Part shown: positions 1 through 13,263 of the stretch, piece after piece
How the letters are laid out: the number at the start of each line of letters is the position of its first letter
How positions within the stretch are numbered: the first letter of the stretch is position 1
Notes under the pieces: model-generated
Database searches by the model: none
What the model saw: only the letters and a program-made list of their open reading frames with translations
Told to the model about the DNA's origin: nothing
NCBI RefSeq assembly: GCF_006345805.1
Contig: NC_043015.1
Coordinates: 30,318,001-30,382,000, forward strand
Reading direction: 5' to 3'
DNA length: 64,000 nucleotides
Source: Octopus sinensis
Lineage: Eukaryota
Made by a program: the position numbers and the translations under genes

Positions 1-34
<34 letters not shown>

Positions 35-1841
35 GTGTGTACTTGTGTTTGTGTTGATTGATTTTGTATTTTCTTCATGGCTTACCTGTGTTCATTGACC
101 ATAAACTAAACAACAGCTTCACAATCAAATATGCCTGCAGTCATCTATGTAAGCATGTCTCGGCTTTTTGAAATGTTTTAACATGTTGAGCAATCTTTGG
201 AAACAAAAAGGCGTGTATCTATGTAACTATGTCCAGGTTGTTTGTTGGTCAGTAGCCTAGGAGATTGTTACCTTGCTAGGGAAGCAGATGAAGGTTGGCA
301 ACAGGGAGAGCATCCAGCCGTAGAAAATCTGCCTCAGTGAATTGCATCTGATCTATGCAAGTATGGAAAAGTGGATGATAGAACAACAGCATTGCACACA
401 CACACACACACACACACATATCATCATCATCATTTAATGTCTGTTTTCTATGCTGACATGGGTTGGATGGTTTGACATGGAGCTGGCCATCTGGGAGCTG
501 TCCAGGCTCCAGTTGTCTGTTGTGGAATGGTTTCTATGGCTGCATGCCCTTCCTAATGCCAACCACTTAACAGAGTGTACTAGGTACTTTTTACATGACC
601 CCGGCACACACACACACACACACACAAACACAAAATGTGGGAGTTTAGTTCACAGGTGATCTAAACGACTAGGTACGCTAGGTAAGTACTGCAACGGATT
701 ACTAGGGCTCCAAGGTTATTTTTCAAAGTCGTTCTCAAGCATGGTCGCACCTCAGTAACTGAAACAAGTAAAAGATAGAAGAAAAGCAGAAGAACATATT
801 GAAAAATAGGTTTCTACATATCCAGTTCTGGAAACCAGACATGGAGGTCTCTGGTGGATTGCTTGTGATCTTAGATTTGCTCAGTCTGCCTGCTCTGGGG
901 CTAAACATGTCTCTCAACAGTGAAAAATGTAATAATGGAACTTATACAGATTTGGGCTACACTGAATTTTTGATACCTTATTACATCAGTCAGTAGTACA
1001 GATTAATTTATTAATGTACAGTGAAATGAGACTTTCAAGTATCTATCCAGCATTTGGCCAAGTCCATTTTGTAATTTTTTATCAAGCATTTGGGCCAGAT
1101 TCTCTTACCAGTCTCACAAAGCCTGGAAGCAGTCATCAGTGTTACTCTTACTTCTTTGACAATGCAATTCATCATCATCATTCAATGTCCATTTAACATG
1201 CTGGCATAGGTTGGATGGTTTGACCAGAGCTGGTAAGCCAGAGGACGCACCAGACTTCCTTGTCTGTTCTGGCATGGTTTCTATAGCTGGATGCCCTTTC
1301 TAATGCCAACCACTCCACAGAGTGTACTGGGTGCATTTTACGTGGCACCAGTGCTTATAACATAGCACCAACACGAGTGCTTTTTATGTGATGCCAGTAT
1401 CTGTATCAATTCTGCTGTGGCGGACAGGTCTTCTTGAGTACAACAAGGTACCAGAGAATGACCAAAGGTGATCTAGAGTTAAACAGCAACAAACAACTAC
1501 AGGATCGGTGCTTTTTCTTATCAATGGCTTGCAAGACTAATAAGCAAATCTGTTGAATGTTGTTGAAACCATCTCTTTTACCTTGAACATATTCTGCTTA
1601 CGTACAGCTCAGCTTATCCTGATTAGCCAAGGTCAATGGATAATCTCACTCAGTCAACATCTGATAACAGCTAATTTACCTCTGGCTCAAACTTTATGTT
1701 GTAATTCTTTTCCACATGTACTGCATTCAGTTTCTGTCCGAACATTTTAGTAATCTGATTTTTTTTTACCTTTTCTGTTACTATCGTTAACCCATATATG
1801 CCCATAAAAAAAATGAAGTCTTAAAATTTCACTGTATTTAG

Positions 1842-1955
1842 GTTAAACGCTATGGTAAACTTTCACAACCAGGAAGAGAAGGACAGTATGCAACTGTTAG
1901 CTACGGGTGTCGACTCCCCACTGGACATTTCATAATCTCAGTCAGATGCTTCCTG
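1842..1955 (+). CDS. Internal coding exon of an unidentified gene (VKRYGKLSQPGREGQYATVSYGCRLPTGHFIISVRCFL); upstream exons lie outside or were not found
   Basis: Acceptor tgtatttag| and donor CTG|gtgagt. 114 nt, open in phase 0, non-repetitive. Joins in frame to the exon at 14712. Confidence 0.72.
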
Positions 1956-3710
1956 GTGAGTTCAAACAAGTAGGAACAGGTTTTGTGTTGTGAAAATGCA
2001 ACCAGGGGTATATATGGGTTTTAATGTTGTTTAACTCTTGCTCAGCCCCTATCCAGCTGGGACAATTCCATCTGTTTTAGTAGATGTCTAAAACTGGGAA
2101 TCTACCACTTATTTACTTCAAGTTGAATTACGAGCTTTTAACCTGATAGAAATAGCAGCCAGATCTCCCTTCCGTCTCATCTTACTGTATTGCAAGATCA
2201 TGCATTAGACAATGAAATCTGTGATACACTCGGGGATAAAAGAAGGATGTTTTGAATGCCTTTAATCCCAGGTCTACTCAATCAGGCATGTGGATCAGTG
2301 GTTAGAATGTTGACCTAACAATCATAAGGTAGTGGGGTTTTTTATTCTTAGCCCTGGTAGCAAATTGTGTTTTCATTTCACATTGTTCCAGTCTACTCAA
2401 CTGAAAATATGTACCAGCCTACTGCTATTGCAGTCAACCCTCTCTCTCTGCAGCCACCCTTCAATGTTAAGTTAGGTTGAAGATGAGAAGGTATATATGT
2501 CTGCTTGTGACTACATGGACAGACACAGAACTTACTACCAAATCATGCTCTGCAATACAATCAGAGCTGACTTAGGGTTAAACAATAGCAACGACTGTAA
2601 CTGATAGCTTTAATGATACTTATTTCAGTCATATATATATTAGGATTGAAAGATCAAATTGCCTTTAAAAGAATTTGAATTCAGAATCATGAAACAACAA
2701 ACTATAATTATATCAAGTTTGTGCAATTATAATTAACGTGATGGTGAAAAATATCTACATAATTAAATTAATTGATAATAATTTATGTGGTGAAGGGATA
2801 AAAAGGTTAGTTCATTGAGCTGATTGCATCTCGAAAAATATGGGAGACAACTTCAGATATGTTTCAATATTATTTTACTTCTTCATTGAAGTAAATCTTT
2901 CTCTGTACCTGTCAGGTAAGTGATAAGAGAATCGTTATATTGATGTTCAATAGCATGCGTTTTGCAAGGTAAAAGTTTATGTATTATAAATAGTTTGTAA
3001 ACAGAGAGAGAGAATCTATATCCAATTATAAGCATTGTGTGGCTGATGTCATGTCGTTGGGCATTACACATGCACGTGCTCACGCACATACACACGCACG
3101 CTGTATTTGCATATATCTTTTCATTCAATTGCTTCCTTCGGCTGAGCTACAAAAGAGATGGATGCCAGCCTGCATTCTGAATTAAGATACATTGAATGAG
3201 GCTGATGTCCTATTCAACAGAAGAAACAGTCTTGTCTCTTCACTGCTTGATATTTATCTAACTTAAACATATTGATACTATCCCCTCTTTTAAGAAAAAC
3301 TTAAACTGCTGTTAACTAGCGCTCCTTCCAGAATGGAGTGGGAGTACCGTTTTTTGAAAATGAGAAATATAAAAACAAGACTGTTGGGTCATTATTGATA
3401 GTGGAAGAAGTAAACTTTCAACAGTTTTTTTTATTCCATTTTTTTTTCAAAATGTAGGCAGTGGTTTAAAAGGCATAATGTCTAAGTAACATTCCCCACA
3501 GCCCACATCTTCAATGACATTAAACTTTAATGATATTTAAGTCGGTGCCATTTAAATTTTAGTTGAATAAAAAAAATTTAATGGCGTTTAAAGATCATTA
3601 AATTTGACACCTTGCTATTTTCTACAACTGTGATGTAGTGGATAAGAACGGCAACACACAAAATAATCTGTAAAACATTTTTTAGTTAGATTATGAATTT
3701 ACATATATAT

Positions 3711-4116
3711 AGGCGCAGGAGTGGCTGTGTGGTAAGTAGCTTGCTTACCAACCACATGGTTCCGGGTTCAGTCCCACTGCATGGCATCTTGGGCAAATGT
3801 CTTCTGCTATAGCCCCAGGCCGACCAATGCCTTGTGAGTGGATTTGGTAGACGGAAACTGAAAGAAGCCTGTCGTATATATGTATATATATATGTATGTA
3901 TGTGTGTGTATATGTTTGTGTGTCTGTGTTTGTCCCCCTAGCATTGCTTGACAACCAATGCTGGTGTGTTTATGTCCGCGTAACTTAGCGGTTCGGCAAA
4001 AGAGCCCGATAGAATAAGTACTGGGCTTACAAAGAATAAGTCCCGGGGTCGATTTGCTCGACTAAAGGCGGTGCTCCAGCATGGCCGCAGTCAAATGACT
4101 GAAACAAGTAAAAGAG
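3711..4116 (+). mobile_element. SINE family A (tRNA-derived head, CORE-like centre, internal TA/TG microsatellite), full length
   Basis: A-box-like TGGCTGTGTGG, B-box-like GGTTCAGTCCC, CTTGGGCAA.TGTCTT core, tail GACTGAAACAAGTAAAAGAG. More than 10 copies in the window. Confidence 0.9.
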
Positions 4117-5510
4117 AAAAAAAAATACAATGCAAGTATCAAAAGTGGAAGGTAAGCTCTCAATGAACAGAACCTGTAATTTGGGTCTGTTTACCATTGT
4201 AAAAGTTTCACTTTCTTTTATTGGTAATTCCTTTACAACAGGATGTAATTCCTTCAGTGCATGGCCAACATTAATCCACCACCCAACCAGTAATCTCTCC
4301 TCTGCTAAAAACCATTTTCCTTTATCCAATTCAATTCCACGGTTATTCACCTTGCTGGTCCTATAAATACACACATTTTTTGCCCATGTATATTAAAAAA
4401 AGCAATGAGCATGAACAGAAATCAACACAGGAGGAACAAGTTTCAACAAAAGAGTTATATTAGAGAAAAAAAGGGAAAGTGTCTTGATGTGGATTTTAGT
4501 TCTCCATCAGATGAAAGATAGAACAGAAAAAAATAAAAGGGGGAAATTTATTGTTTTGGTAAAAAGCATTAAGGCTTGAAATTTCAGTACCCCTTCCTTT
4601 CCTTCATAGCATAACATACTGACTTTTTACTCTTTCATTCTTCTTTTCTTGTCTGCTTTTTGCTCCCAAATTGCCTTAAAGATAAATAATATACTCCCAT
4701 AGCTTATGCTGCACAGTATTATCTCTTGTTCCTTTGAACCTAGACAAAGCTACATTAAGCCATTTCTTTAAATCATCTTCGAGATGCTATCACAATCCTC
4801 ACACACTAATAAGGGAAATAGTTATTGTACATACTTTTGTTTTCAACAAGGTCTGAGAGGCAACAATTGTGTCTCTACATGGTCATTCAACCTGCAAGAA
4901 ATAACAGTCAAATATCTTTCAAATCACACTATATTGTCTTAAAAAGAGAAGGATAGTGGTCATGGCTGGAAGTAAAAATTTATAATAGCAAGGTCTCCTA
5001 TTTATATGAGAGAGAGAGAGAGAGATAATGTCCATTTCTTATTCAAGAGACATCATTGATGTTAGTCAAGAGAAATGACTATCGCGAGAAATTGACTACT
5101 GGACTCAGTTTGCTACAAACTTACTTCTGCGATAGTCATGGTTGTGTGGTTAAGAATTTTGTTTCACAATTACATGACTTCAGGTTCAATCTCATGACAC
5201 AGCATTTTGTGTGTGAAATTTGGTAAATGGATATGTTTTGGAAGGACTGTTTCTGTTCTTCGGTGGTATACTTGATTTATTGTCCAGTAAAACACCAACA
5301 TCTGGCCCTCATTTTTTTTAAGCGATTTTGTCCCAAACAAGGCTCAAGGCCACTCTAGCGTAAAAGACTACAAGGAAGGAAAAGAAGGGGCCTATAAATT
5401 CAATAGATGTCAAAGCTTAATGTGCTGAATATCATAGATCAGAGGAAAACAAGGTGATGCTAGTGAATTCCAGAGAGCAGCTGTTTGAGGAAAAAAACTA
5501 TGAAAATAGA

Positions 5511-6190
5511 AGGCAGCGAGCTGGCAGAAATGTTAGCATGCCAGGTGAAATGCTTAGCAGTATTTCATCTGCCGCTACATTTTGAGTTCAAATTCCACCG
5601 AGGTCAACTTTGCCTTTCATCCTTTCAGGGTCGATTAACCCTTTCGTTACCAACCCGGTTGAAACCAGCCCTGGCTCTGAGTACAAATGTCTTGTTTTCA
5701 TAAGTTTTGAATTAAAATCTTCCACCAAATCTTAGTCACAATTTATGTTCCTAACACTAGCTGAATGATGACTAAGTTATTTTACTAAATTCTTTGTTAT
5801 ATTTAACCCTTTCATTACTGTATTTTTTTTTAGATGCTCTGTGTTTCTTTCAATTACTTTAAATATAACAAAGAATTTAGTAAAATAACTTAGTTATCAT
5901 TCAGCTAGTGTTAGGAACATAAATTGTGACTAAGGTTTGGTGGAAAATTTTAATTCAGAACTTATGAAAATAAAACATTTGTACCCAGAGCCAGAACCGG
6001 TTTCAGCCGGGTTGGTAATGAAAGGGTTAAAGTAATTGAGAGAAACACAGAGCATCTCAAAATAAATACAGTAACGAAAGGGTTAAATAAGTACCAGTTA
6101 CACACTGGGGTAAATATAATCGACTTACTCCGTTTGTCTGTCCTTGTTTGTCTCCTCTGTGTTTAGCCCCTTGTGGGTAGTAAAGAAATA
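5511..6190 (+). mobile_element. SINE family B (tRNA-derived), interrupted by two MITEs
   Basis: Head AGGCAGCGAGCTGGCAGAA, B-box GAGTTCAAATTC, centre TTTGCCTTTCATCCTTTC, tail CCCCTTGTGGGTAGTAAAGAAATA. 14-bp TSD AAACTATGAAAATA at 5495-5508 and 6193-6206. Confidence 0.9.
5639..6082. mobile_element. piggyBac-like TTAA MITE containing a second, inverted copy of itself (5807-6026)
   Basis: TIRs CCCTTTCGTTAC/GTAACGAAAGGG. TTAA flanks both the outer and the inner copy. An uninterrupted reference copy is at 45098-45317. Confidence 0.9.
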
Positions 6191-6797
6191 AGAAACTATG
6201 AAAATAAAAAGACATATGACCAACAGGAAACTCAACAAAGAAGCGATGCACTTGGAAAGAGAAGTAGGTTATACTTTTAAAGATCTTGTCAAAGGGTACT
6301 TTAGATAACATTAAGACCAGGTTTTTGATCTGAGGATAACATTCTCTTTTCTTTCTACCAGTCACACAGGCTCTGGAAAAGATAAAGGGAGCTACATTTT
6401 TCTCCTCTAGCTAAGCCCTTAAAAAGAAAAGAACAAGAATTGTAGGTTAGTGAAAGCAGCCTGCATCAGCAAGAACTAGATTGACATTAAAGTGAAGAGA
6501 TGAGATAAAACTAGCTAATGTTTTATGATGGTGATTTGCTTTAGGAAGGAGAACAAAGGAGAATATTTTGTTCTTTGTTTTCATCTCTGATGAAGGGACA
6601 TGAAATGTGAAACTCTTGTTTCATCCTACAAGACAATGTACATAAAGACATACATATATATCAACACAAACAAAGTTATACATGCATACACATGTGTGCA
6701 CATGCACTCTTACTGTCACAGATATACACGTGCATGCACACCCACACACACACACACATAACTGTCTGTACGCATGCATGCACACAGAAACACATGA

Positions 6798-6832
<35 letters not shown>

Positions 6833-7555
6833 TACAAACACATAGATGCATGTTCATATACACACATGCCCACATCCTTAAATACATAATATGTTCACAC
6901 ACGCATGTATGCGCATTCATTTACACACATGTACAGTCTCTGATATATGAACACATGCACATACACATACACAATTATACACACACTCATACATACATAC
7001 ACAGTCACACACACATACAAATAAGCACTGTTACATACACTCACACGCATACAGCTATTCAATTTATACTTAACTCTACAGCTCTCACTGTTCTATGCTT
7101 CCTATAATTACACCTGCAGACAACCTTTGAATGCACCACATGAAATGTGATGCAAAAATAAAAAAAATAAAAACCAGTATGAAAATTAGGTAAATAGTTT
7201 AAATTAACCTTTACTTAGACTAGCACATTTGATGCTACTGTGTTATTCTTGACGATCTGCAGGTTAATGAGAAGATAAAGAATGTGTTATATAATAAGAG
7301 AGATGCTAAGATTTCTGTCTGGTGAGGGAAGTTGTGGTAAGACGTAGCAACAGTATTTGCGTTAGGGTGGAGGTTGCAGGAAGAAAGATTGGTGGGGAAG
7401 AGTGCTGAGTGTTGGTAGGAGTAAGAAGGAGTATGACTGTGTGTGTGTGTGTGTGTTTGTGTGTGTTGTAGATGTGTGTGTGTAAGCATGTGTATAGAAG
7501 GAGGGTGTTAAGAAAGAAGAAACAAAAATGATTGCGTATAAATGTAAGTGTACAG

Positions 7556-7593
<38 letters not shown>

Positions 7594-7703
7594 ATTAAGA
7601 TATAGATCTATATGTCTATATGTATGAGATGTGTGTCTGTGATATTTCCTCCCACCACTCCTTGTTCTATTACTAGCCTTTTATACTTCCTCTTTTACTT
7701 CAG

Positions 7704-8130
7704 ACCACCACCACCATTACCACCATCACTACCATTACCACCACCATTACCACCACCACTACCATTACCACCACCACTACCATTACCACCACCACTACCA
7801 TTACCACCACCACTACCATTACCACCACCACTACCATTACCACCATCACTACCACCACCACTACCACTACCACCACCACCATTACCACCACCACTACCAT
7901 TACCACCACCACTACCACCACCACTACCACTACCACCACCACCACCACCATTACCACCACCATTACCACCATCACTACCATTACCACCACCACTACCACC
8001 ATCACTACCATTACCACCACCACTACCACCACCACTACCATTACCACCACCACTACCACTACCACCACCACTACCACCACCACTACCACTACCACCACCA
8101 CCACCACTACCACCACCACTACCATTACCA
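7704..8130. repeat. Compound (CCA/CTA/TTA)n trinucleotide repeat
   Basis: Direct reading. Produces the poly-Pro, poly-Gly and poly-Val pseudo-ORFs. Confidence 0.95.
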
Positions 8131-8610
8131 CCACCACTACCACTACCACACCTCACAACCACTACCGACATCTCCCCCACTACTATCATTATCATGACCA
8201 CTTCCACCACTACCAACACCACCATCACAACCCCCCCCCACACACACACACTCCTTACTGTTCTGAAATATATGTAACACCCAAGTTAATATGACATTTA
8301 TGAATTTGTTAGATATTTCAGACCAGGTGTTTTGAATGGGCACATGGGTGTATGGGCCTTCATGAATTCGTGGGATCATGTTCCTTTGTGTCCCTTTGAC
8401 TGCCTATTTGACTGCCTGTAGAGGGACATGTTTATTACACTATTTTCTCTATGTGAGTTATGTATGCAATATATGTACGTTATATATACAGACAACATAT
8501 GTGAGTGATATATTATGTAATGTATACGTGCAATGTATGAATACAATGCGTTTATTTAACGCTTGTATACAGTATAATATATGCAATCAGTAAATAATGT
8601 AGTGTGTGTA

Positions 8611-9014
8611 TACTCTTTTACTCTCTTTTACTTGTTTTAGTCATTTGACTGCGGCCATGCTGGAGCACCGCCTTTAATCGAGCAACTCGACCCCGGGACT
8701 TATTCTTTTGTAAGCCCAGTACTTATTCTATCGGTCTCTTTTGCCGAACGGGGACATAAACACACCAGCATCGGTTGTCAAGCAATGCTAGGGGGACAAA
8801 CACAGACACACAAACACACACACGCATATATATATATATATACATATATACGATGGACTTCTTTCAGTTTCCGTCTACCAAATCCACTCACAAGGCTTTG
8901 GTCGGCTCGAGGCTCTAGTAGAAGATACTTGCCCAAGGTGCCACACAGTGGGACTGAACCCGGAACTGTGTGGTTGGTAAACAAGCTACTTACCACACAG
9001 CCACTCCTGCGCCT
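8611..9014 (-). mobile_element. SINE family A
   Basis: Reverse-complement copy of 3711-4116. Confidence 0.9.
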
Positions 9015-9516
9015 ATATGTAATTCGTATATGTAATTGTATATATAATGTAATGTGTGTATATGTAATTCATATGTACAATGTATGTATGTTTATACATA
9101 TACAGGGATAATGATGTAAATAAACAAATAAAACTACTTGGGCAAGATATACAAAATATACATACATGTAATTATATAAATAGAGAAGAAAAAAAACAAA
9201 TTCTGAAAATATTTGGACATGAATATTCATGTACTTAACTTATCTCTCCACCCTGAAGACAGAAGCTAGTTTTACCTAATGTTTATATGCTTCCACTACC
9301 AGTTGCATAGCCTTGACTTTTTGCAAACTACATCTGCCAATATTATGAAGTAATTCTTAGCCCCCCAGAAATAGTTGTTGCACTTGTAATGCCCTACCTG
9401 CTCCCCTTAATTTTCTGAGTCGTTGTCCGCTGTGTAAGTTTGCTGTGTTAATATATAAAATCGGTATATTTATGCATGAAACTTTCAGTTTTTGTTTTTT
9501 CTCTGTTTACATGTAT

Positions 9517-9679
9517 AGGTGCAGGAGTGGCTGTGTGGTAAGTAGCTTGCTTATGAACCACATGGTTCCGGGTTCAGTCCCACTGTGTTGCACCTTGGGC
9601 AAGCGTCTTCTACTATAGCCTTGGGCCGACCAAAGCCTTGTGAGTGGATTTGGTAGACGGAAACTGAAAGAAGCCCGTC

Positions 9680-9726
<47 letters not shown>

Positions 9727-9918
9727 TGTGTTTGTCCGACCAACACCGCTTGACAACCGATGCTGGTGTGTTTACGTCCCCGTAACTTAGCTGTTCGGTA
9801 AAAGTGACTGATAGAATAAGTACTAGGCTTACAAAGAATAAGTCCTGGGGTCGATTTGCTCGACTAAAGGTGGTGCTCCAGCATGGCCGCAGTCAAATGA
9901 CTGAAACAAGTAAAAGAG
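9517..9918 (+). mobile_element. SINE family A
   Basis: Near-identical head and tail to 3711-4116. Confidence 0.9.
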
Positions 9919-10196
9919 TATATATATATATATATGTATGTATATTTTATAAATCTAGCCCAAGTGGTTTTATTTGTTCATTTGCATCATTATCTCCATA
10001 TCTGCTCTTCTGGATTCCTCTTATAGCCACTCTTTACCCTGTGAATTTAGTCCTTAGTAAAGATCTTGGAATGTAGGTTGAAACCATTTAAGCGCTACTA
10101 AATGTTTTCTATATTGAGCATCTCTGGATCTCATCTGTTGACACTTTGTAGATATGTAGATATATATGTGTGCACACACACACACTTCCATAGATA

Positions 10197-10322
10197 CATA
10201 CAAGGGTTGGCTGAAAAGTTCATAGGCCAATCGAGTGACCAAATGAGGTTCATTTTTCAACATAGACTGCCTTACATCCATACACTTCTTCCATTAGCGT
10301 TGCAGTGCTTGGATCCCATTTG
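10197..10322. mobile_element. Tc1/mariner terminal fragment
   Basis: TA-CAAGGGTTGGCTGAAAAGTTC resembles the TIR of the element at 42561. Confidence 0.6.
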
Positions 10323-10329
10323 TGATCCA

Positions 10330-10360
<31 letters not shown>

Positions 10361-10662
10361 CGACAGACTTCTTTCTAGTTCTGTCTTCCAAATCTACTCT
10401 CAAAGCTTTGGTCAGCCCAAGGCTATAGTAAAAGGCATTTGCCCAAGATGATACACAATGGAACGGAACCTGGAACCATGTGGCTGGAAAGCAAATTCCT
10501 TACCACACAGCCACACCTGCACCTTATAATTATCTATTACGATTTCATGTAGGGATAATAAAACTAATAATCAGTTAACAGAAGTCAACATACTTACTCT
10601 TTAGTAAAGCGTTTAGCAAATACAAGAGCATAATCTCAATTAATTGATACATACAAGCATAA

Positions 10663-11073
10663 AGGCGCAGGAGTGGCTGTGTGGTAAGTAACTTGTTTAC
10701 CAACCACATGGTTCTGGGTTCAGTCCCATTGCGTGGCACCTTGGGCAAGTGTCTTCTACTATAGCCTCGGGCCAACCAAAGCCTTGTGAATGGATTTGGT
10801 AGATGGAAACTGGAAGAAGCCCGTCGTATATATGTATATATATATATATATATGCGTGTGTGTGTTTCTGTGTCTGTGTTTGTCCCCCTAGCATTGCTTG
10901 ACAACCGATGCTGGTGTGTTTATGTCCCCGTTACTTAGCGGTTCGGCAAAAGAGACCGATAGAATAAGTACTGGGCTTACAAAAGAATAAGTCTCGGTGT
11001 CGAGTTGCTCGACTAAAGGCGGTGCTCCAGCATGGCTGCAGTCAAATGACTGAAACAAGTAAAAGAGTAAAGA
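10663..11073 (+). mobile_element. SINE family A
   Basis: Same head and tail. A partial - strand copy lies at about 10350-10523. Confidence 0.9.
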
Positions 11074-11611
11074 GTATACACACATACACACACACACACA
11101 GAGTGAGAGAGAGAGAGAAAGACAGAGACAGACAGACAGACAGATAGACAAAGAGTGAAAGTGTCAGACAGGGGAATAATCAGGTTGAAAATGAACCTTC
11201 TTTCCAAGTTTTGTACTACTTTATACCAAACAATCATTGTCCTGGCCTTTGTGACTATTTTTCTTTTGTATATTATTTGACATAATAAATCTAACCAGAC
11301 TATTCATAGCCAAAAAAAGTTTCCTTGAAGTAAGTAGTTTGGGTAATGGTACGGAGATGACAGAAATGCTAGTGATGGCAGCAGCTGAGGCAACAGAAGT
11401 AGTAGAGATAATGGTAGTGGTGATGATGGTACTTATAGTGGTGGTACTAGTCAATATAAATGGTGCAGTAACACTGTGTAATAGAGCATGTCTTATCTTG
11501 GCAAGACATCATCCATGAAATTATGGAATGGTGCCATGTTTCATTGCAGAACACATAAACTTGTACATGTACTCATACATGCATACATGTGCACTCAACA
11601 CACACATGTAG

Positions 11612-11612
<1 letters not shown>

Positions 11613-11648
<36 letters not shown>

Positions 11649-11663
11649 CATACATACATATAT

Positions 11664-11713
<50 letters not shown>

Positions 11714-11911
11714 TACACATACATACATACATATATCATCATATATATATATATATATATATATGCATATACATATATATGTGTTTGTACTCCACCTGCC
11801 TTCGTCTTTTGTTTATTTTCGTAAACCTTCCCGTTATATATATATACATACATACATACATATATATCATCATATATATATATATATACATATACATACA
11901 TGCATATATAT

Positions 11912-11945
<34 letters not shown>
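11613..11945. repeat. (TA)n/(TACA)n array containing a 3' fragment of the Penelope-like family (about 11780-11835)
   Basis: CCACCTGCCTTCGTCTTTTGT matches the 3' ends of the copies at 46530 and 52140. Confidence 0.8.
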
Positions 11946-11946
<1 letters not shown>

Positions 11947-12346
11947 CATCATACACATGTGTGCAAGCACGCACACACACAAATGCATACGTGTTAGACA
12001 AGAGAATTTCTACGTGGTTGCTTGACTTACAAGAAATAGCAACCAAACTACTACAAATCCCACTCTACTGTCTCAAAAAAAAAAAAGTAATGTAAGAACC
12101 ATTGGTTAATCTCTTGTTAGGGTTATCTATACAGATATCCTATAGCAATTATAGCCAGCACTGAAATTTGTTACATTTTGTATTTCAGATATGAAATACT
12201 GTAGCAAAAATCTGTGCTAGCTTTCTTTAGATTATCTTTGGAGATGACCCTAACAAGTGATGTAAAGTGCACTACTAACACTTTAGAACACAGTACTGAC
12301 TTATAAAAATGTTTAATATACTTTATTAAATGTTTAATATACTTTA

Positions 12347-12552
12347 CAGAGATGTACTTGCATAGCGAGTGACTTGATCTGAGATCGTGTGCTGGAACGA
12401 AAACAATTGCAGCACAAAGTTTTGTCAGTGAACAGGTCGCGGTCTCAAAGCGACAAAAATATTTTGACAAATTAAATTTAAATGTTGAAGTGAATCTAAC
12501 AGTTTTTGTGTGTTTCTTAAATGGCCTATAAACACCTTCCATGCTGCAATTG
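12347..12552. mobile_element. Probable Penelope-like (pLTR) insertion with an internal inversion
   Basis: Homologous to 59694-59878 but with its second part inverted. Flanked by the 13-bp direct repeat TTAATATACTTTA. Confidence 0.6.
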
Positions 12553-13028
12553 TTAATATACTTTATCCTGGTTGCATAACCAAATACTGCATGCCTACAA
12601 GTCATTAATTGGGTAATGTCCTGGTCGTGGTTGCAGCAACACTGATGATAGATTGCTTATTCAGAGCTGGCCTAGGGCTAAACAATAACAATGACTTAGG
12701 TACCTAAATGAGTTAGTGAAATCATTATACATGGGTGCAGGTGTGGTTGTGTTGCAAGAAGTTTGCTTCTCAACCACATGGTTCTGGGTTCAGTCCCACT
12801 GTGTGGTACCTTGGGCAAGTGTCTTCTACCGTAGCCTCGGGCCAACCAAAGTCTTCTGAGTAGATTTGGTAGACAGAAACTAAAAGAAGCTTGTTGTGTG
12901 TATATACCAGTTTACTTGTTTACCGAAATAAGTAAAGGAAAGCCATACTTGCTTGTGAGTGATAAACTATGGTTTGGTTTACTTCAACAGTTGAAATAAA
13001 TCCAAAAATTTTGCATAACTGTCTAAAC

Positions 13029-13263
13029 CAATGGTTATCAACCATTTTTTACCTGTGGATCCCTTTGATTCCTATTTTACTCAAGTGGGCCCTTGTAACC
13101 AGTAGATGTTTTAAAAAATCTTATTATATTGGAATGTTATTAGGAATTGTTAAAAAATAAATTGTTGAAATATTTTGTGTATTACAGAAGTATAATTGAT
13201 TTTATTATATATATATAAATTTTAACAACAAAATCTTACATGGACCCCAGTTAAGAACCACCG
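13029..13263. mobile_element. hAT (Charlie-like) MITE
   Basis: TIRs CAATGGTTATCAAC/GTTAAGAACCACCG. GTCTAAAC on both sides, offset by one extra G on the right. Second copy at 44395. Confidence 0.85.

Noticed and set aside
1843-1935. Alternative frame of the first exon (LNAMVNFHNQEEKDSMQLLATGVDSPLDIS*)
   Set aside because: It stops before a strong donor, whereas the phase-0 frame stays open and joins two further exons.
3711-3790. SINE heads as tRNA genes
   Set aside because: A and B boxes are present but there is no complete cloverleaf, and they continue into SINE bodies.
7612-8277. 221-aa proline-rich (extensin or formin-like) ORF
   Set aside because: Pure CCA/CTA/TTA microsatellite, open in several frames on both strands and inside an intron.
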